DNA of 64,000 nucleotides from an uncultured Chloroflexia bacterium. Lineage in GTDB: Bacteria > Chloroflexota > Limnocylindria > Limnocylindrales > CSP1-4. This document shows, piece after piece, positions 60,572 to 64,000 of this stretch. Below the pieces are notes generated by a model. It was not told the DNA's origin and searched no databases. It saw only the letters and a program-made list of their open reading frames with translations. Where the stretch lies: contig OY970218.1 in the NCBI GenBank assembly GCA_963713975.1, positions 2,080,001 through 2,144,000 of the forward strand, read 5' to 3'. The position numbers and the translations under genes were made by a program. Positions within the stretch are counted from its first letter, which is position 1; each line of letters opens with the position of its first letter.

Positions 60572-61827
60572 GTCTCGGGATCACCGCCAACCCCATCGCG
60601 CGGTTCGCCGATCGCACGATGACCCAGCTGGCGATGCGGGTCGGGCTCAGGGCTGCGTCGCGGATCCGGACGGGCCGCCTCACGGTGGTCATGCCCAACG
60701 GGCGCCGGCGGGTGTTCGGCGACCCGGCCTCGCCGCGCCAGGCGGAGCTCCACGTCCACGAACCGTCCGCGGCCATCCGCGTCCTGCTGCACGGCGAGAC
60801 GGGCATCGGCGAGGCCTACATGGACGGCCAGTGGTCGTCCCCGGATATCGAGGCGCTGATCGAGCTTGCAGCCCTCAACCGGTCCGATCTCGCCCTGGCC
60901 AAGGGGTGGTGGCGCCGGCCGTTCGAGATCCCGCGCCGCCTGGCGCACCGCGCCCGCGCCAACACGAAGACGCAGGCCCGCGACAACATCTCCGCCCACT
61001 ACGACCTCGGCAACGATCTGTACCGCCTGTTCCTCGACGAGACGATGACCTACTCCAGCGCCGTGTTCGACTCGCCGGAGCAATCCCTCGAAGACGCCCA
61101 GCGCACCAAGTTCCAGCGGCTCGCGGAGGGTGCAGGCCTGGAAGCCGGGATGCACGTCCTGGAGATCGGGTCGGGCTGGGGCGGATTCGCGCTGTACGCG
61201 GCCGGCGAGCTTGGCTGCCGGGTCACGTCCATCACGATCTCGCAGGAGCAGCACGACCTCGCCCGGGAGCGCGTCCGCGAGGCCGGGCTGGAGCACCTCG
61301 TCGACATCCAGCTCCTTGACTATCGCGACATCACGGGCGAGTACGACGCCATCGTCTCGATCGAGATGCTTGAGGCGGTCGGCGAGGAGTTCTTCACCAC
61401 CTACTTCGAGGCCTGCGATCGCGCGCTCAAGCCCGGCGGCCGGTTCAGCCTTCAGGTGATCACCTTCCCGGACGTCGCCTACGGGGCCCAGCGCCGCGGG
61501 GCGAACTGGATCCAGACCTACATCTTCCCGGGTGGCCTGTGCCCGTCGCTCGCGGTCATCGAGCAGTCGCTGCACGGCACCCGGCTCCTGATCCGCGAGT
61601 CACGCGACATCGGACCGCACTACGCCACGACGCTTCGGGCATGGAGGACGCGCTTTCTCGAGAACGTCGATGCGGTGCGCGCGCTGGGCTTCGACGACCG
61701 CTTCATCCGGATGTGGGAGTACTACCTCGCGTTGTCTGAGGCGGGCTTTGCCACCGGCCTGACGCAGGACCTCCAGGTCGTGCTGGAGAAGGGGCGCGGC
61801 CTCACCGTCCCGTCGTCGTCCGCCTGA
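60568..61827 (+). CDS. cfa: Cyclopropane-fatty-acyl-phospholipid synthase family methyltransferase
   Basis: NISAHYDLGN, MTYSSAVF, LEIGSGWG, DYRD, SIEMLEAVG, YIFPGG, RMWEYYL. Confidence 0.9.
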   Translation: MSLGITANPIARFADRTMTQLAMRVGLRAASRIRTGRLTVVMPNGRRRVFGDPASPRQAELHVHEPSAAIRVLLHGETGIGEAYMDGQWSSPDIEALIELAALNRSDLALAKGWWRRPFEIPRRLAHRARANTKTQARDNISAHYDLGNDLYRLFLDETMTYSSAVFDSPEQSLEDAQRTKFQRLAEGAGLEAGMHVLEIGSGWGGFALYAAGELGCRVTSITISQEQHDLARERVREAGLEHLVDIQLLDYRDITGEYDAIVSIEMLEAVGEEFFTTYFEACDRALKPGGRFSLQVITFPDVAYGAQRRGANWIQTYIFPGGLCPSLAVIEQSLHGTRLLIRESRDIGPHYATTLRAWRTRFLENVDAVRALGFDDRFIRMWEYYLALSEAGFATGLTQDLQVVLEKGRGLTVPSSSA

Positions 61828-62491
61828 TCACCGGCGCCTGCGGGTCGTGGGTGGCGACGTAGGTCGGGACCTGGGCCCGACGCTCGAGCCCCAACTTCGA
61901 CAGGATCGAGCTGACGTAGTTCTTGACGGTCTTGTCCGAGAGGAAGACCGTCTCGGCGATCTCCCGATTGGTCATGCCCGCGGCGATGAGCGGCAGGATC
62001 TCGCGCTCGCGCACCGTCAGGGTGCTCGCCTCGTCCGGGTAGGTGCCGCCCGCGATGCGCCGGACGCGCTCCAGCACCATCCCTGTCACCACGGCATCGA
62101 ACATCGACTCGCCGCGCCCCACCGCCTCGAGGGTGCGCACCAGCTGGGCGGACCGCGTCTGCTTGAGGACGTAGCCGCGAGCCCCGGCCACGATGGCCGC
62201 GAACACGTCAAGCTCGTCGGGTGAGCTCGTCAGGAACACGACCCGCAGGTCCGGGGATCCGTCGAGCAGCAGCCGGCAGGCCTCGATCCCCGACGCATCC
62301 GGAAGTTGGATGTCCAGCAGCACGATGTCCGGCTCGAAGCGCCGGGCCTGGGCGACGGCGCCATGACACGTCCCGGCCTCGGCCACGACCTCAAACTGCC
62401 CGCGGCGGTCGAGGAAGGCGATCAGCCCGCGTCGGACCACCTCGTGATCGTCCACGACGAGAATCCGCAGGGGCGCAGCGGGGGTGGTCAT
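61802..62491 (-). CDS. NarL/LuxR family response regulator
   Basis: VVDDHEVVR, LLDIQLPD, GARGYVLK, LT.RE...G.TNREIA...LS.KTVKNYVS. Confidence 0.94.
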   Translation of the reverse strand: MTTPAAPLRILVVDDHEVVRRGLIAFLDRRGQFEVVAEAGTCHGAVAQARRFEPDIVLLDIQLPDASGIEACRLLLDGSPDLRVVFLTSSPDELDVFAAIVAGARGYVLKQTRSAQLVRTLEAVGRGESMFDAVVTGMVLERVRRIAGGTYPDEASTLTVREREILPLIAAGMTNREIAETVFLSDKTVKNYVSSILSKLGLERRAQVPTYVATHDPQAPVIRRTTTGR

Positions 62492-62585
62492 CCGTCTCCG
62501 AGCATGACGGCTTCGCTGCCGGACCGCAATGCCGGCGGCGTCGGCATGGTCAGGGGAGACCGCGGCCTGGGGCCGGCGGTCACGT

Positions 62586-63041
62586 CTACAGCCTGGATCG
62601 GAGGTCCACGCTGAAGTCCACGTGGGCGCGGAGCATGGTCAGTGCCTCGCCCCACCCCTCCAGCGCCTCGGACCAGGCCTCGATGCCCCCCGGCTCGTCC
62701 AGCGGGAACGGGCCGTCGTCCAGCTGCATCACGGAGCCGTACCCGGCGGGCTGGATCGTGATCCGTGCGGTGGTGACCAGCTGGTCGTCGGGGAGCCACG
62801 GCCAGCGGAATGCGAATGCCGTGGCTGAGCGCGCCTCGATCACCTCCCACCACACCCGGTGGTCCTCCCAGACGAGCGTCGTCCGGGCGCCCACGGTGAG
62901 GCCGCCCTCGACGCGGTCGGGGAACCAGCGCGCCAGCTCCTCCGGATCGGCCCAGGCGCGGTACACCCGCTCGGGCGGCGCGTTGAACCGCCGGGTCATC
63001 CGGGCGGTGGGTCTGATCTCCGTGCCGACGGGCAGCGTCAT
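62586..63041 (-). CDS. SRPBCC/AHSA1 domain protein
   Basis: RRFNAPPERVYRAWADPEELARWF, GW..AL..L; AAGGAG RBS. Confidence 0.88.
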   Translation of the reverse strand: MTLPVGTEIRPTARMTRRFNAPPERVYRAWADPEELARWFPDRVEGGLTVGARTTLVWEDHRVWWEVIEARSATAFAFRWPWLPDDQLVTTARITIQPAGYGSVMQLDDGPFPLDEPGGIEAWSEALEGWGEALTMLRAHVDFSVDLRSRL

Positions 63042-63117
63042 GGTGGCATCGCTCCTTCGAGCCAAAGGGTAAGCCCCATCCCGCGACACCGCACATGGCT
63101 GGTGCTAGCGTGCCGCC

Positions 63118-63810
63118 ATGGGCACCCGGCTCTCGTTTCCCTCGACCGTCATCGGCGTCCTCGCGTTCGCGATCGCGATGGCCTACCTGGAATCGGCGGT
63201 CGTCGTCTACCTCACGCTTGCGCTGGGTGGGGAGGTCGGGGTGCTCTTCCCGCTGCGGCCGGTGATCGAGGCGGGCGACCTGGTCGCGATCGAGGTCGGA
63301 CGGGAGGCGGCGACGCTGGTCATGATCGCGGCGATCGGCGTGCTCGTCGGCCGGACATGGGTCGAGCGCCTCGCCTGGAGCGCGGTCGTCTTTGGCGCGT
63401 GGGACATCGGCTATTACGCGTGGCTGAACGTGTTTCGGGGCTGGCCGCCGACGCTGGGCACGACGGACGTGCTGTTCCTGATCCCGGTGCCATGGGTCGG
63501 CCCGGTCTGGTCGCCCGTGGTGGTGAGCATCGCGCTGGTCGGTTTCGGCCTGGTCGCGGCGTGGCGGGAGCGGGCCGAACGGCCGGTCGTGCTGTGTCGC
63601 CGGCACTGGGTTGCCGCGGTCGGCGGGGGCATCCTCGTCATCCTCTCGTGGACGATCGATGCTGGGCGCGTGATGGACGGGGCGTTTCCGGGCCCGTACC
63701 CGTGGCCGCTGTTCGTGGCCGGGATGCTGCTCGCCGTGGCCGCCGCGGTGGACGCCCTGTGTCGGCCGGGCCGTGCGGTTCCCGACGCGCGGGTGTCAGG
63801 AGTCGCCTGA
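63118..63810 (+). CDS. Hypothetical membrane protein
   Basis: Multiple TM helices; AMAYLESAVVVYL, REAATLVM, WDIGYY, LFLIPVPW. Confidence 0.8.
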   Translation: MGTRLSFPSTVIGVLAFAIAMAYLESAVVVYLTLALGGEVGVLFPLRPVIEAGDLVAIEVGREAATLVMIAAIGVLVGRTWVERLAWSAVVFGAWDIGYYAWLNVFRGWPPTLGTTDVLFLIPVPWVGPVWSPVVVSIALVGFGLVAAWRERAERPVVLCRRHWVAAVGGGILVILSWTIDAGRVMDGAFPGPYPWPLFVAGMLLAVAAAVDALCRPGRAVPDARVSGVA

Positions 63811-64000
63811 CGAGCCCAGCTCCCAGGTGGAGCCCGCGGCGCCGTCACGAACCTCGATGCCGGCCCCGGTGAGCCGGTCCCGGACGAGGTCGGCGGTCGC
63901 CCAGTCGCGGGTCTCGCGGGCGCGGGACCGGATCTCGAGGAGGGCGTCGACGTAAGGCTCAACCACTTCCCGCCGGTCCGGACCACCGGTGCCCACGGCC
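63796..64000 (-). CDS. C-terminal end of a protein with a CysS-like anticodon-binding helical domain (partial)
   Basis: LLEIRSRAR..RDWATADLVRDRL...GIEVRD....STW. Whether this is cysS or a fusion protein cannot be told from this window. Confidence 0.7.
   Translation of the reverse strand, partial: AVGTGGPDRREVVEPYVDALLEIRSRARETRDWATADLVRDRLTGAGIEVRDGAAGSTWELGSSGDS

Noticed and set aside
61802-61827. Convergent 26-bp overlap of cfa and the response regulator as antisense regulation
   Set aside because: Short tail-to-tail overlaps are common in GC-rich genomes, and nothing else supports a function.

Overview
A 64-kb, very GC-rich bacterial chromosomal window. The gene content is compatible with a Chloroflexota- or Actinomycetota-like organism, but this is inference only. 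I call about 70 CDSs and one tRNA-Gly(CCC), and found no CRISPR array, rRNA, integrase or intact transposase. From start to end: (1) panB with a HAD hydrolase, a TetR/SnoaL pair, a secreted Ig-like/FlgD-Ig protein and a GcvT-family amine dehydrogenase. (2) A PfkB kinase with a SIS protein, a GH15, CNNM and EamA transporters, and a MASE1-GAF-GGDEF cyclase coupled to a truncated EAL gene. (3) An accessory or conflict-like segment (about 23-35 kb) with three unrelated nucleases, a 91-bp inverted-repeat element, a PARG-like macrodomain gene, a MUG glycosylase, hipBA, two vapBC pairs and two PIN remnants. (4) A LysR-linked Opp/Dpp ABC operon whose last ATPase is fused in frame to a NylB-like serine hydrolase. 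(5) tRNA-Gly, then a ferredoxin / flavoprotein / His-rich membrane protein / 27-heme cytochrome c operon. (6) A LacI-controlled sugar ABC / GH94 / GH1 operon with palindromic operators. (7) A FAD oxidoreductase / DUF1365 / cfa lipid-modification operon. Many genes have a TANNNT hexamer exactly 6 nt before the start codon, suggesting leaderless mRNAs. The best candidates for something undescribed are the 27-heme electron-transfer operon, the PARG-like three-gene unit and the ABC ATPase-hydrolase fusion. All product calls come from motif recognition by eye; no database searches were run, and start codons are best estimates.
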